Shown piece after piece: positions 28,430 through 40,406 of a stretch of DNA of 64,000 bases; positions within the stretch are counted from its first letter, which is position 1; each line of letters begins with the position of its first letter. Origin of the DNA: Cercozoa sp. M6MM. Lineage: Eukaryota > Protista > Endomyxa: Ascetosporea. Under the pieces are notes generated by a model. The model had not been told where the DNA came from, did no database searches, and saw nothing but the letters and a program-made list of their open reading frames with translations. Where the stretch lies: NCBI GenBank assembly GCA_040357565.1, contig JBDODJ010000025.1. One strand, given 5' to 3'. Made by a program: the position numbers and the translations under genes.

Positions 28430-31400
28430 TTAGTAGGACAGCGCGACTTGGGCGACGATAGTACTAGCGAGAAGCAGGGAGCTCCAGCTGCTGGTGGCGC
28501 CGTTGGGACTGTTCTGGTCGCTGCCGCTGTCTCCCGTGCTGCCAGACTGGTCCGAGGGAGCAGAACTTGCACCCCCCGTTGTACCAGCACCGCTCGTCGT
28601 ACCAGCACCACCCGTCGTACTTGCACCGCTCGTCGTCCCTGCACCTCCCGTTGTACCTGCACTTCCAGTTTTACCCGTGTGTGTAGGAGCGCCTGCACCT
28701 CCTGTGGCACCTGTGCCCCCAACAGAAGCAGGACCCTTCGGCGCAGTCGCAGTGTTCCCAGGAGCAGCAGGCACGTTGAGTGCACCTGTGCTCTGTGCTG
28801 CAGCTGCAGCCTTTGTGCCAGCCTTCTCAGGCTTGACTGCAGTGGGCTTGGCTTCTCTCGTCGCAGTGTTGTCCAAGCTTTCGGCAGAGGGAAGCGACGG
28901 AGCTGTGTGTGGAGTCGGAACCGGAATGGGTTGGAGAGGAGGAGGCTTGGGTGTGCCTGCATCCAATTCAGTTATTTTTCTGAACTTTCCAAGACGAGTA
29001 AATTTAGCAGCAGGCCAGTGTCAAAGCAGGTACTGTACCTAACTTGCGAGACTTGAAACTCGGAGACCCCGTCGACACTGGCGTCTCTGGTTTCGACTCT
29101 GCAGAACCAAGTTCATCATTTGTTTTGTTCAAACAAACTGACGCGAAAGTGGTACCACTGGCGGTTGCTTTTGTTCTCACTTCAGGCGGAGATCTAGAGA
29201 CTACGTCAGACTTGCGAGACTTAGGGGCGGGAGACCCCGTCGACGCAGTCTTCTCTGGTTTCGACTCTGTCGACAACAACAGTTTTCAACCTAACTGACT
29301 CATCGCATCCTATGAAAACTGCCGTGAACGCACCAGTTGCTTTTCGAGTTGTCGCAACATAAGGCAGAGGAGCGACTTCACTCGGACGAGTCGGAATGAT
29401 ACGCACCGGGTTCGTTGACGCAGTCTCCTGTTGCGGAGTGCGCGTCGAAAGGGCGTCTCGGCGTGCGATGGATTCGACTGCTGCTTGAGTCGCCGCTTGC
29501 TGAAGTTCCAGTTTCTGGCAAACCAAGCTCTCGGTTCACAGCAAGAACTTGCAATAGTGCGACATGATACCAGCTTCTTGTTCTGGGCTTGCAAGTCTTG
29601 GATTCTAGCGACCTAAATTTTACTGCATGAAAGTGCACTTTCTTTTAATTGATTTACTTCTAGCTTACCAAACTGTGGTTTCCTCGCTGCAATTTGGCTG
29701 CGTGACGGGAAGTGTTGTAGAGCACCGTGCATCCAAATTAAAAAACCATGTACCAACTTCCGCTCGCAAATTGTCAGCTTCTCGGCCAAGTTGTTTGCGC
29801 AAGCGTTCGCATTCGCTGTGTTCAGCGGCAAGTGCGTTCTCAGTTTCGATGAGTTTCTGCTGGAGAGCCTCCTTCTCTTTTCTTAACTTAGGCACCCCTG
29901 TCAGAGAACAAACTAAACTCACTTCACAGCAATATAAATGTAAATATTCCAAGTGGAGCACCTCGTTTCCAGGACTGCAAGTTCAGCTGTAGCTCCTCGT
30001 TTTGTTCCCGCAAGCCATGGCACTCAGTGGTGAGCGCCGACACGAAGGCCTCTTTCTCCGACAAGGCTTGTTCTTTCGCCGACAAGGCAGTTTGGCGCTG
30101 ATCCAGTTCGGCTTGATGCTGATTCAGGATCAAAATGAGTTCCGCGGTACTGTAAAACTTACCGCCCTTGCTACCTATATCAAAAATCTAGTACCTTTCG
30201 CCCCATCGCCTGGCGGTGTTTTTTTGCATCTTTTTCTGCACACACAAGATACAAGAAGTCATTGTGTGCAGAGAAAGATTAGGTAAAAAGATATCTTACT
30301 GACTCTTTTCAGATCGGCAGCAGTAGTGGCTTGGCAAGGCGTCGCGGCGAAGCTTTGCAGCAGAGCGAGACACGACAACAAAATAAAAAACAACTTCATG
30401 GTTCTTCTTTTGCTCGACTGAGTCTACTTTTCTTGATTCGCTCCCCGTCTGTGAGTGACAGTTCTGTTCCAAGCACTGCGTACTTTTCTCGCTCGACTCT
30501 TGTTCAAGGCGCGTGGCCTCTTTCCGACACCGAAAGCCGAAGATTCACGGCGAGCACAACGTCCACACCTCAAGTCGGCCTCCAGTCCAATACTGAGCAC
30601 TAAGGCCGACGAGTCGGACTTCAAGGTCTTAAATGAAAGCTTATCTAATGGACCGGTGTGAAACTAAAGTTCAAGCTTGGCTGTGGCGTGGATCACGTCA
30701 CGATAATGCGTGACTGAGAAGCGACTGTTGGAGGTTCGATTGCTGCAGCTGTTGTGCCAGCCAACTCCTGAACTTTGGTCCGAGTGTAAGTACAGTACCT
30801 TTGCCAGTGGTTATGCCACCACGACCATGAAGTCCCTCGGCGGCAATTGGACTTTCCTCGACCTCACCTATTAACTTTCTTGCTGTTTTCTTGAAAACTG
30901 AAAAAGAAGCTACTGACGGAGATACCAGTACCTGGAGTCTCAGCGGTCGAAGGGACTTTTTCAAGTGATATCCGTTGTTCTCTTGCTCGTTTAAACCGAT
31001 TGATTGCCTTAACTTTTGTGAAAGCTCGCTGCCAGAGCTTTTTCGCTTTGCCTGCTGGGGCTGTCCAAGCCCAGACGTGCCAGCTTCACGATCACTCAGG
31101 AAGTAAAGACTGCAACTTTACTGTACCTCCAACCTCTTCGACTGTTCCGCCCGCTTGAGGCTGCTCTGTTCTGAAAGATTCGGCTGTTTCGACTGCAACA
31201 TGAGGTCCCTCTGTTTCGATTATGCCTTCAGTGGCTTCGGTTGCAGCTTGAGGTGTTTTGGTTTCAACTACTTCACCTGCTGCAACTTCAAGTTCCTCGG
31301 GCTTGGTCTCTACAAAATCACAGAAGATCCGTAAATTTTACACCAAGTCGAGGTCACTTCGAATCAACAACCTCCGGGTCGTTTCCTGATTTCACGCCGC

Positions 31401-31657
31401 AGTTTCTCCCATCCCTCGGTTGCGATGCCCGCCTTTGGTGGCACGAACGGTACGGCCGCCTCTCTTGTAGCTTCTCCGATTGTGATACGTGGTTGCGGGA
31501 ATTCAACTAAGTACTCGGTTCAAAGGGAGCTATACTCAGCGACGTCGCCTGCAGGGCAAAACGAGAAATGGATTTAGATTGGTTTACGTGCGCGAACGTG
31601 ATCGACGGCGATTCCTATCGCCAACACCACAAACACCTTCAGTAAATTTAAACACAT
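28430..31657 (-). CDS. putative GPI-anchored surface protein with a coiled coil and a G/T/A-rich stalk
   Basis: Signal peptide MCLNLLKVFVVLAIGIAVDHVRA (ATG 31657). Coiled-coil exons at about 29600-30130. GAGTTGG/GAGTTSG repeats. C-terminus SPNGATSSWSSLLLASTIVAQVALSY-stop is typical of a GPI-addition signal. Confidence 0.6.
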
Positions 31658-32221
31658 GCTGGGGGGTTTGAGTGTTCAATCGAGATCGCATTGAACACAA
31701 ATAGGACTCTTCCTGGCACTGAATTTAGCGACTGCTAAAAGTCCGAGGGCACTGCGACGCAACACGTGTGGCAACACGTGTGGTGTCTACTCCAGTTCGA
31801 CTATACTGACGGAAGGGACTCGGAACCGAGTGACAGGTTGATTCGATCCAAGCGGAAGGCAACTTGCAGTTTTCAGTTCCAAAGTGCCAGTGAAACAGAT
31901 CCAGTTTGATCGATCTAATACTGTACGATGCTGTTCAGTGCTGAAGATCGACAAAAAAAAAAAAAACGCGAACGAGGACGGAACTTGCCGGGCTTTTTTT
32001 CAGGTCGGTTTGCTCAGTTTTCCTCATTTATGACGTCATTGCGGACTAAACACCACATTTAATGTTGTCAGTTCTCTTCCTATTCTCTCTGGCGGTCCAG
32101 TACTTCTCTACTGCATGCCAACACGAACAATTGCATTCAGTCGAGCGTTTCGCCAAAATGGAAAAAAGAGAAGAGCATGCCTTTTGCTGGACGAGTTTGC
32201 TCGGCGGAAAACACCTGAGCA

Positions 32222-35200
32222 ATGGAGCGCCGAACGCCAGCGACGGATGTGAATGGAACGAGCGCTTCTGCAGCCCATGGCGAAACATCGAAGCGAGTGG
32301 GCGAAACCGGTCTTGACGAGTTGAGAGGTCTTTCTTTGGAGCGCGAAAGTCCATCGCCGTCCAAAAGTCGTCCGAGCAGTTCCGAGAATGAGCCAATGCC
32401 GCTCGATTTGAACCCACTTGAACTGCGCCCTTCTTCGAGCCAACATCCCAACCTTACTCCAGTTGCTGAAATGAGTGTCGAGGAGGACATGGACGAGGCA
32501 GTGTTCGCAGAGGATGTAGATGTCGACAAATTTGCTAGTCTCGACGACACTGATGAAGAACCCGAAGAAACCACCGCAATGCGTCTTGAGCAACTTCCTC
32601 AGTCTCACGTACTTACTCTGTCCCACCAATCGATTGATATCTTGTCATTTCTTTCATATATTGAGCTGTTTAATCAGCCGCTGCTTCAACGCGTTCAAAC
32701 TGCGCTCGAACGACAACTTCAAAGAGAGCTGGCCGAACTCGACGAAGCACTGTTTCACGAACGCGAAGCGATCAAAAAATTGCACGCAGAACGCGAAGAA
32801 ATTGGCGTGGACTTGTACGCACAACAGCAGCAGTTGGCCAAGGCGCAGTTGAAGCTTCAAAAACAATTCGAAGATATCGAGGATGAGTTACACCTCAAGA
32901 CTGAAGCTGAAGTCCGGCTGGAGCGTGTGCGTGAAACACAAGATGAAGCACGTAAGAAACTGGAGAAGCTGCAGCAACGTCTCGTGCACAAACGAGAAGA
33001 GCATACATCCCTTGCAACCACCGTTCGTGCACTCGATGAGCAGTATCGCTCGATCCAGGCAAACATCGTCGGCAAGCAACAACAAACTCTGGCAGCCGAA
33101 GATGAGCTTCTCGATGAGGAAAAACGCAAGGTGCGACAAGACGCGCTTCTTCTGTCGTTGCAACAAAAGCAACTTTTGGTGAACGAAAAGCGTGAGATCA
33201 TCGCCCAGCAAACGCATGAGCAGCAACGCCAACTTGAGCTTGCCAAAGCTGCTGTGAAAGATACACAACAGGAGGTTCAAGAACAGGAAAGACAGCTAGC
33301 AGAGTTTAGTGCGCGTTGGTTCGCTGCCCTTAAGCAGATATCGAAGCGCGACGCAGCTTTGGTTGCCACGAAGGAAGAGTACAAAAAAACCCAAGACCAA
33401 GCCGCCGAGTTGCACGCAGAGGGCTTGGCACTCAAGAAAGAAGTGGCGAGTTCTCAGAACGCACGTGAGAAGCAACACAGCAGCAACACCGAGCTGAAAA
33501 GCCGCCTTGAAGAATTGGATGCTAACTTGGCGACGATGCGCACCGAGGCAGAGAGGATGCAAGAACAACGCACCGCTGTCGTCAAAGACAAAGAACGCGC
33601 AATGAAAAGGCTCACCAAGCTGAAGAACCAATGGCAAACTCACCAAAGCCGCCAGATTGCAATTGAGAAGAAGCGCGATTCTGCACGTGAGCGACTGCGG
33701 GTCGCGGAAAGAAAGATCTCAGAAATATTGAGCACCAATGTGACGTTGGAACAAGATGCCGCTGGCAGCGTTCACGAGATCAGTCGTTTGCAGGAGACAA
33801 TCAGAAACATCAATCATGAGATTAATGTGCTGGAACACAGCGTCGCTGAGTCCAAGTTGGCCGGTTTGGAGATTGAATCTCAAGTCATGAAAGCACGGAA
33901 GAAACGCGAGGAAGCAAGTAACCGCGCCGCTGCCCAGGAAGAGCTCGTGGACGAACTCGAGGCCGCATGGGACAAAATCAACGAAGAAATCACGAAAAAG
34001 CAACTACTTGTCGACAAGCTCAACCGCAAGTTGGATCAGCTCACGCAGCACCAAGCAGCGACTGAAGAGAGTGCGGCCGCTATGCTGGGTCCACTCGAAG
34101 CCACCATTGCGAACTTGCAACGTGAAATCACGCAACAGAACCAAGAGCTAATGGCATCGCAACTACGTTGGACAGCTTTGCAGAACTCGTTGATTTCTGA
34201 AACCAAGCAACACGACGAGTTGGTTGCAGAACTCGACTCGATCGAACTGCAAAAGGTGGTTTTGCGGCAAAAGCTCGTTCGTATCGAAGGTGTCATGGAA
34301 GAGAGAAAAAAGGCACTCAAAGCACAGCGACTCCAAGAACAAAACCTTCGAAACGACATGTCGAAGCTTCACAACGCTATCGACAAGTTCCAAAAGCTCT
34401 CCGACAAGTTAGAAGCAGACAAGACAGCGAGCGAAGCGACATTCCAGGCAAGTATTCAGGCCGTGGACGAAGAAGCGTTAGAAACCAACACTCGCACACT
34501 CAAACTGCGCGAGGAGCGCGAAGATATCTTCGAGCAGTTAATCGAACTGGAGCGTCAGATTCTCCAGTGGCAACGCAAGATCGATCTCGAGAAAGAGACA
34601 CAGAAGATGATGGACCCAGAGTTCGGTCAAGTCGAAGTGCGTCAAATGAAGCAAGAAATCCGTCGTATGGAACTTCGTTTGCGACAGCTCAACCGACGCC
34701 AGCAGCAAATGGTGGCAGACATGGAGCGCACGGTGGAGAAACGCGAGTTGATCGCGCTGAAGCATGGCGCAGGTCTTGCCACGGACGGCAGTGGAATCCT
34801 CGGTACCGCATCTGCAGCGGCGCATGAGAGCATGACTCGAGGTGAAGACAACGGCGACGACGTCGGCGGTCCGGTCACGGAATCGCATGTCCTGGCTCGC
34901 ACCAGAAAACTCATGGAGTGCACCGATGAGCTTCGCGCTCGCCTCCGCAAAGCACTCGCTAAGCTACGAGAGCGTCGGGACGAAGAAGGCTCTCTCAAGA
35001 TCATCCTGAGTGAAGAAGAGGCACAACGTCATCGGGCCTCGCTGCAACTGCGCGAGATGCGCCATTCTTTCGTTCAAGCCACAACCAACGCCGACATCGT
35101 AACTTTTGCCTTTGTGTCTGTACTCTGACGAATGGTGTTTATTGGTCATCGATCGCAACGCTGCACAGGTCAGGTTACAGTGCTCGCTTATTCTTCAAGC

Positions 35201-35462
35201 GTGTCAACGCGTACGTCGTCGTGCCGAAATCGGAGCTGCCGAATCCGACGACAAGTTACGTCTGAGTACAAAACAACTCAACGAACTCGTGCAGCGACAG
35301 CGACAGTCAATGTCTGAGCTAGCCGAAACCATAGCACAGGCACTGAAACAATGCCACACGCTTCGCTGTGCTGAAGAAATTGATGACGACCGTGCTGCCG
35401 AACTCGAACGCTTGATCGCTGCGCTGGAGGCATTCAAGACGATGCTACTACTTGAGGAGTAA
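32222..35462 (+). CDS. CCDC40: coiled-coil domain-containing protein 40 (axonemal 96-nm ruler, FAP172)
   Basis: Contains SH|PLLQRVQTALERQL...REEIGVDLYAQQQQLAK, GPLEATIANL and ERQILQWQRKIDLEKETQKMMDPEFGQVEVRQMKQEIRRMELRL. Probable introns at 32609-32677 and about 35099-35168. Confidence 0.9.
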
Positions 35463-35562
35463 CTGGCGATCTGGCCGCTATTATAAAAATGCGACAGCAT
35501 TTAACATGCGTGATACATGTTGAGTGGAGTAAACAACAACATATTCTGGCAGCAAAGAGTAA

Positions 35563-37272
35563 TTACTGAACAGAGTCGTTTATACTGGACGGATTGCTCA
35601 CATGTCTTCGAGGTGTACGGCCGTCAGCATTTCGCACGTCGACGAGCAGCGAGTGAGTTGTCTCGCAGAGGCGCGCGATCTCGGCATCAACGTATTTGTG
35701 CGCAGGCAAATCCCCTGGCTGCTGTTTGAGTCGATGACTTCGGGCGCATCGCAGCGTGCTCGAATCCAACAGGTGTCGTGGCAACCGAGGTATAGATGGC
35801 GCGTGAAAGTCCCTCTTTACATTGCGTCGAATAGCCGATCTAGGTCTCCTGCGAAGAAAGCTGCCTTCGTCGGTGTTGATTGGTTGCACTCGAAACTCGT
35901 CGCGATCAGCGAATGGCTGTCGTCGCGACTGCAACGAACACACTCCATGATTGGTGTGTGGTCGTGTCAGGCGTGGCTTTGAGGCAGCGGACTTTCCGTG
36001 CAAAATTGAAGTTGCGTCTTGCATCTTCCTTCGAGCCTGTCTTCTGCGATTGTATCACTCCACCATGAGAGACGTTACGCTTTAAACATTACATTCCCGA
36101 ACCTCAGCATTTGTCGTTTTGTCGCTTTGACGCGTTTCTCTAACTGTACGAGCAAAACAACCAACTCACGTTGATCCATTGGAAAATCATGTGTGAACCT
36201 TCGATAAAATGTACAGTAAATTTAAATTTACCTCTTCGCGGCGTTTCTGCAATAAGCAGAGCTGAATCTGCTTGTCGCGTTGCAGTCGCCTCCTCAGCGA
36301 ATCTGCTTCGTCGCGATGCTGAATGCGACCACAGTTGGTTTTGAGCTTCCACACCGAGCGCGACTATGACAATTGTACCTTTTCTAAAAGTGTGTCGAGT
36401 GCTCGTTGATCGAGTTGTCGAGACTGACGCGACATCCGTCTCCTTTCAGCTTTCTCAATAGCATCCGCCTTTTTATGTATCCTCTGTGCTTCCGCAAACC
36501 GTCTTCCTCTCGCGAGTGCACGCTCCTTGCGCCGCAGCACAATTAACCTCTATATGAAAGTCCTTTTGCAGATACTGCCACCGATCTGTCCCAAAAGGTG
36601 CGTGGTACGGAGGATGGGTGCGGTGCCCTCTGTCGCCGCTTCTTAAGTGATTCTCTCAGTACCAACAACTCTTTCCTGTGCCGTTCTCGCATTGACCGTT
36701 TCTATACCATGTAGTGACACCGTGACAAATACGAAGCTTAAAGAATAACACATATATTTATACCAAGTGTGCCGCTGAAACCTTGAGCTGTTTCAGCACC
36801 TCAGTTTGCTGCTCTTCAATCCTACCCTCTTGTTCGTTGACAAAGTTGTCGAACTCCATTTGTTCCTTCTCCTTAATGTTGGTGCGCATCTCATCGCAAA
36901 GCTGCAGCACAATCGGAAGGAAGCATGCAGGCAAAGTGTAATTTTTACCCTTGCGAGTCGGAACTTGGCGTGATCAGCTTTTCTCCGCTCGTTTTCGGCA
37001 TCTACATATTGATTTCGACGCGCGTACAGTCGCTCACGCGTGCGACATTCGGTAAGCGCGTCTTGGGCTGACGAAATCGCCCTCAGTGCTGCGCTCTCCG
37101 TCCGAGGAAGTTCTCTTGGAGTGTGCAGTTCCTCGCAGGAATGCAGCAAACCATCTGATGCTTCCTCCATATGGGCACAGCTGTTCACTACAGTTAGAGG
37201 GGAGGGACTTGGGTCTCTACTAATCTTCGCTTTTGACGTTTCGGTCGGCATCCATGACTTCAAATCAGTCAT
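35563..37272 (-). CDS. hypothetical protein (multi-exon)
   Basis: Protein-like minus-strand ORFs 36793-37302 and 35563-36024 with GT-AG boundaries. No motif recognised. Confidence 0.4.
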
Positions 37273-37366
37273 TTTTCCACCGGCCAGAAACCCTGACGTC
37301 AATTGATGACGGAAGAAGTTGCGAAATGAGCTCTAAAAGCACTGCATCTGCCGAATTGACGCTATA

Positions 37367-38069
37367 ATGACGGGGAAACCTCCTCTTTGCTTCCATTTGG
37401 AACCCTCTCGGCAAAAGATACTTGATCGATGGTAGATTTAAATAGACAATGCTCCATCACTTTGCTTTGTTTCTAGCAGCTTGTCTTTTTTAGCAAGCAC
37501 AAGCCGTCAAAAGTGCACCAAGAGAACGCTGACTGCGAACACGAGCTGGAAAGGCAACGAGTTAGCGCTCTCAAACAAAAGCGCGAGCAGCTGGTGCAAC
37601 GCAGAAGCATGTTTCTCTTTGGTACCCACGAGGAGAAACGTCGACTTGCGTATACAACTCTTTCCATCGTACAACGAAGGTGAATCGAAGGGTCTGTTTA
37701 TTCAGAGCGACACAACGCGCAGCTTTGGATGAGATGTTAAAAAGTGCATCGGAGAAGAAGAAGCGCGAGCGGCAACTCGACCGCATCCTGTAACCTTACA
37801 GGACAAGGAACTTGACTATTTGACCATGTTGTACCGTTTGGCATCATTGCAGGAATGAAGAAATGCAAGAGCGCTTGAAATCCGAGGAGCTCGCTGAGGT
37901 GGAGCTAGAGGCCTCGCGACGCGAGTACCTTGCACATCTGAAAGAGGTCAACATGTCACTGGAGGACAAACGCAAACGATTTGCTGCAGAGCGCAAGGTG
38001 CTAGAAGATCTTGAAACGATGCTCGACTTCGGCAAGTTTGAATCTCGCTTCGGCACCAACGCGCTTTAA
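37367..38069 (+). CDS. small hypothetical charged/coiled-coil protein
   Basis: Last exon reads MQERLKSEELAEVELEASRREYLAHLKEVNMSLEDKRKRF...-TAA. Start codon uncertain. Confidence 0.4.
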
Positions 38070-38550
38070 AGAATAAAATGCCGTCCAGTCTAAATTTGCA
38101 ACTGAAGCCATCATATTTTACTAAACTAAAGGGTCCGTTGCATGAAGTGCGGTTTTTGGCGTGAACACTTCTGTGGCATTCATTGTGAGCGGACACTGTG
38201 CCGCCCCAGCGCAGAGGCCAGACCGATGAGCTAAGGGACAGTACTTTTGGTTTCTATGGTACTACCGGTCCGGGGCAAGTGCAGTCAAGAAACTTCTTGA
38301 GTTCAGTCAATCCCGCAGAGGAGAAACGTTGCACCGAAAGGCGCGTTTCGTCGCACTTTCGATCGCTTCGTGGTGCAATAGCAACACCACTCAGAACTAG
38401 GTCTCGTGTGGCTTAGCAAGAAATAGCGAGAACATCTACGCCACAGGATCTTTCTTTTCAAAGCGAACGGAAGGTCAAGTGCGTCACAAACTGCGCATAT
38501 TTGAGTTGAGTTTCCAGCCAGCAGGTTGAAGCTGCCGACGGAGCTTCAGT

Positions 38551-40330
38551 ATGTCAGACCGACCAGTGCGGCCCTCTAGCCGAGGACGACCAGAACCTGC
38601 AGATCTTGGCAATCGCACACGCGCATCTAGCGGTGTTCGGTGGAATCAGCTCTCATCGCTCAGTGAAACACGACAAGAGGTGCTGCTTGTTTTGATTTAA
38701 TTGTATCCGGACCGCCTGTACGTGAATCTGCGACTTTCGTTGTCTAGGCTAGTCGTCGAGCTCAAATAGACGAAGAAGTCGAAAGGCGCGAAGCGGAATC
38801 GAACGTAACTCGTTCCTTTCGGCCGCTCGAAGCGGGTACCGAACTTCAGCAGCGACTCCACCCAGATGATGAAGGCAGCATCAACGACGAGCGGTTTCAC
38901 GGACTCAGCGACCTGGAGGCGCAACTCATGCGCGAGTGTCGCGATGGTGACTCTAGCATAGTGCAAAAGCTGCTCGAACGCGATGTCAACGTCAACTGCG
39001 AAGAACTCTCAAAGAACGAAACTCCTCTAGTGAGTTGAACTCCCTCTTTTTTAAAGATTTAAACGAGCTCCAGTATTGTTAGATCTGGGCGGCGCGTGCC
39101 AAGGACGGCAACGATGTGATTCGTTTACTCATCGAAGCCGGTGCAAATGTCGATCACCAGAACGTGAAAGGAGTGACACCGCTGATTGCAGCTGCAATGC
39201 GCGGCAACACAGCCAACATCGATACGCTGATCGAACATGGCGCAAGTATTCATGCCGAAAGTCACAAAGGCGACACTGCACTCAGTTTGTGCGTTTGGAA
39301 GAATCACGCTGAGGCAGCTCAGGTACTGGTGGAACGCGGTGCCAACGTGAAGCACGTCGACAGCTTTGGCGACACGGTGCTACTCGACGCGGCAAAACAC
39401 GGCAACACGGCTTTGTTGGACTTGCTCCTTCGATATGGTAGATTCTACCTTCTTCAGTTGGAGCTGTTTAGTTCTAAAATATGTCAGGTTGCGAGATCGA
39501 TCATCAAAACAAGAAAGGCGAGACAGCACTGATGCGTGCGAGTATGAAAGGACATCCAGAGGCGGTGCGAATGCTCATCGGGCGCGGCAGCAACATGAGT
39601 ATTTTTTCAAAAGACGGCAAGCGCAATGCACTATTTTACGCGATTCATCACAAACATCGCGACGTCGTCCGTGTGCTTCTGGAGCACAGGTGCAACATGC
39701 ACTTGCCGAACAGCGAAGGCAAGACGGCACTGATGCTGGCCTACGAGGCTGAAGACAGCGATATCGTTCAGTTGCTCGTGGCGCATGCACATACGAACCT
39801 GCCGCAGTTTGCGTGGCAAGTAGTACCAGCCGATGGAGATGAAAGCATCGTGCCAGCCAAGGATACTGCCGCAGCTGTAGCTGCAACAAGCACAAGCACT
39901 CGACGACCACTGTCGCCGACACGTGCTGCTACGATGCAGCGGGACCTCAACATTGTGCTTCCTAGTGGTCGTTCTGTTCCACGCACACTCGACGACGAAT
40001 CCTTCGCACTGGCCACTAACGACATTGACTTCCTTGACCTGGTACACTTTACTGTACTGTGGGTTCAGTATTGTCGAAGTTGTATGAGCTTGCTTTGTAC
40101 AGGTCCTAAGGTTCAGTCGTGTCTGGAAGAACGCGCTACCTTCGAAGCGACACACAATCTCTGTGGCTCTGAGCAGTCTCCTGGGCGAGCACTCTCGCGC
40201 CGGACGCTTCACGAGTTCGAGTCGTTCGCGTCCCAGCTCGCGCTCTGGCAGCGGTGCATCCGTGTCGTCCAGCCGCTCGTCCAGTCGAAGTCGGTCACGC
40301 CCATCGTCGCGCCGCGGATTCTTTCACTAA
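38551..40330 (+). CDS. ankyrin-repeat protein with an S/R-rich tail
   Basis: About 7-8 ankyrin repeats (ETPL|IWAA, GVTPLIAAA, GDTALSLC, GDTVLLDAA, GETALMRA, GKTALMLA). The last exon ends SSRSSSRSRSRPSSRRGFFH-TAA. Confidence 0.85.
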
Positions 40331-40406
40331 CTTACTGTACGCTGCTAGGGACCAGCGAGTATCGAGTCTTGAAGCATCAGTTCAGTTTCTGGTTCGGCCT
40401 CCTGTC

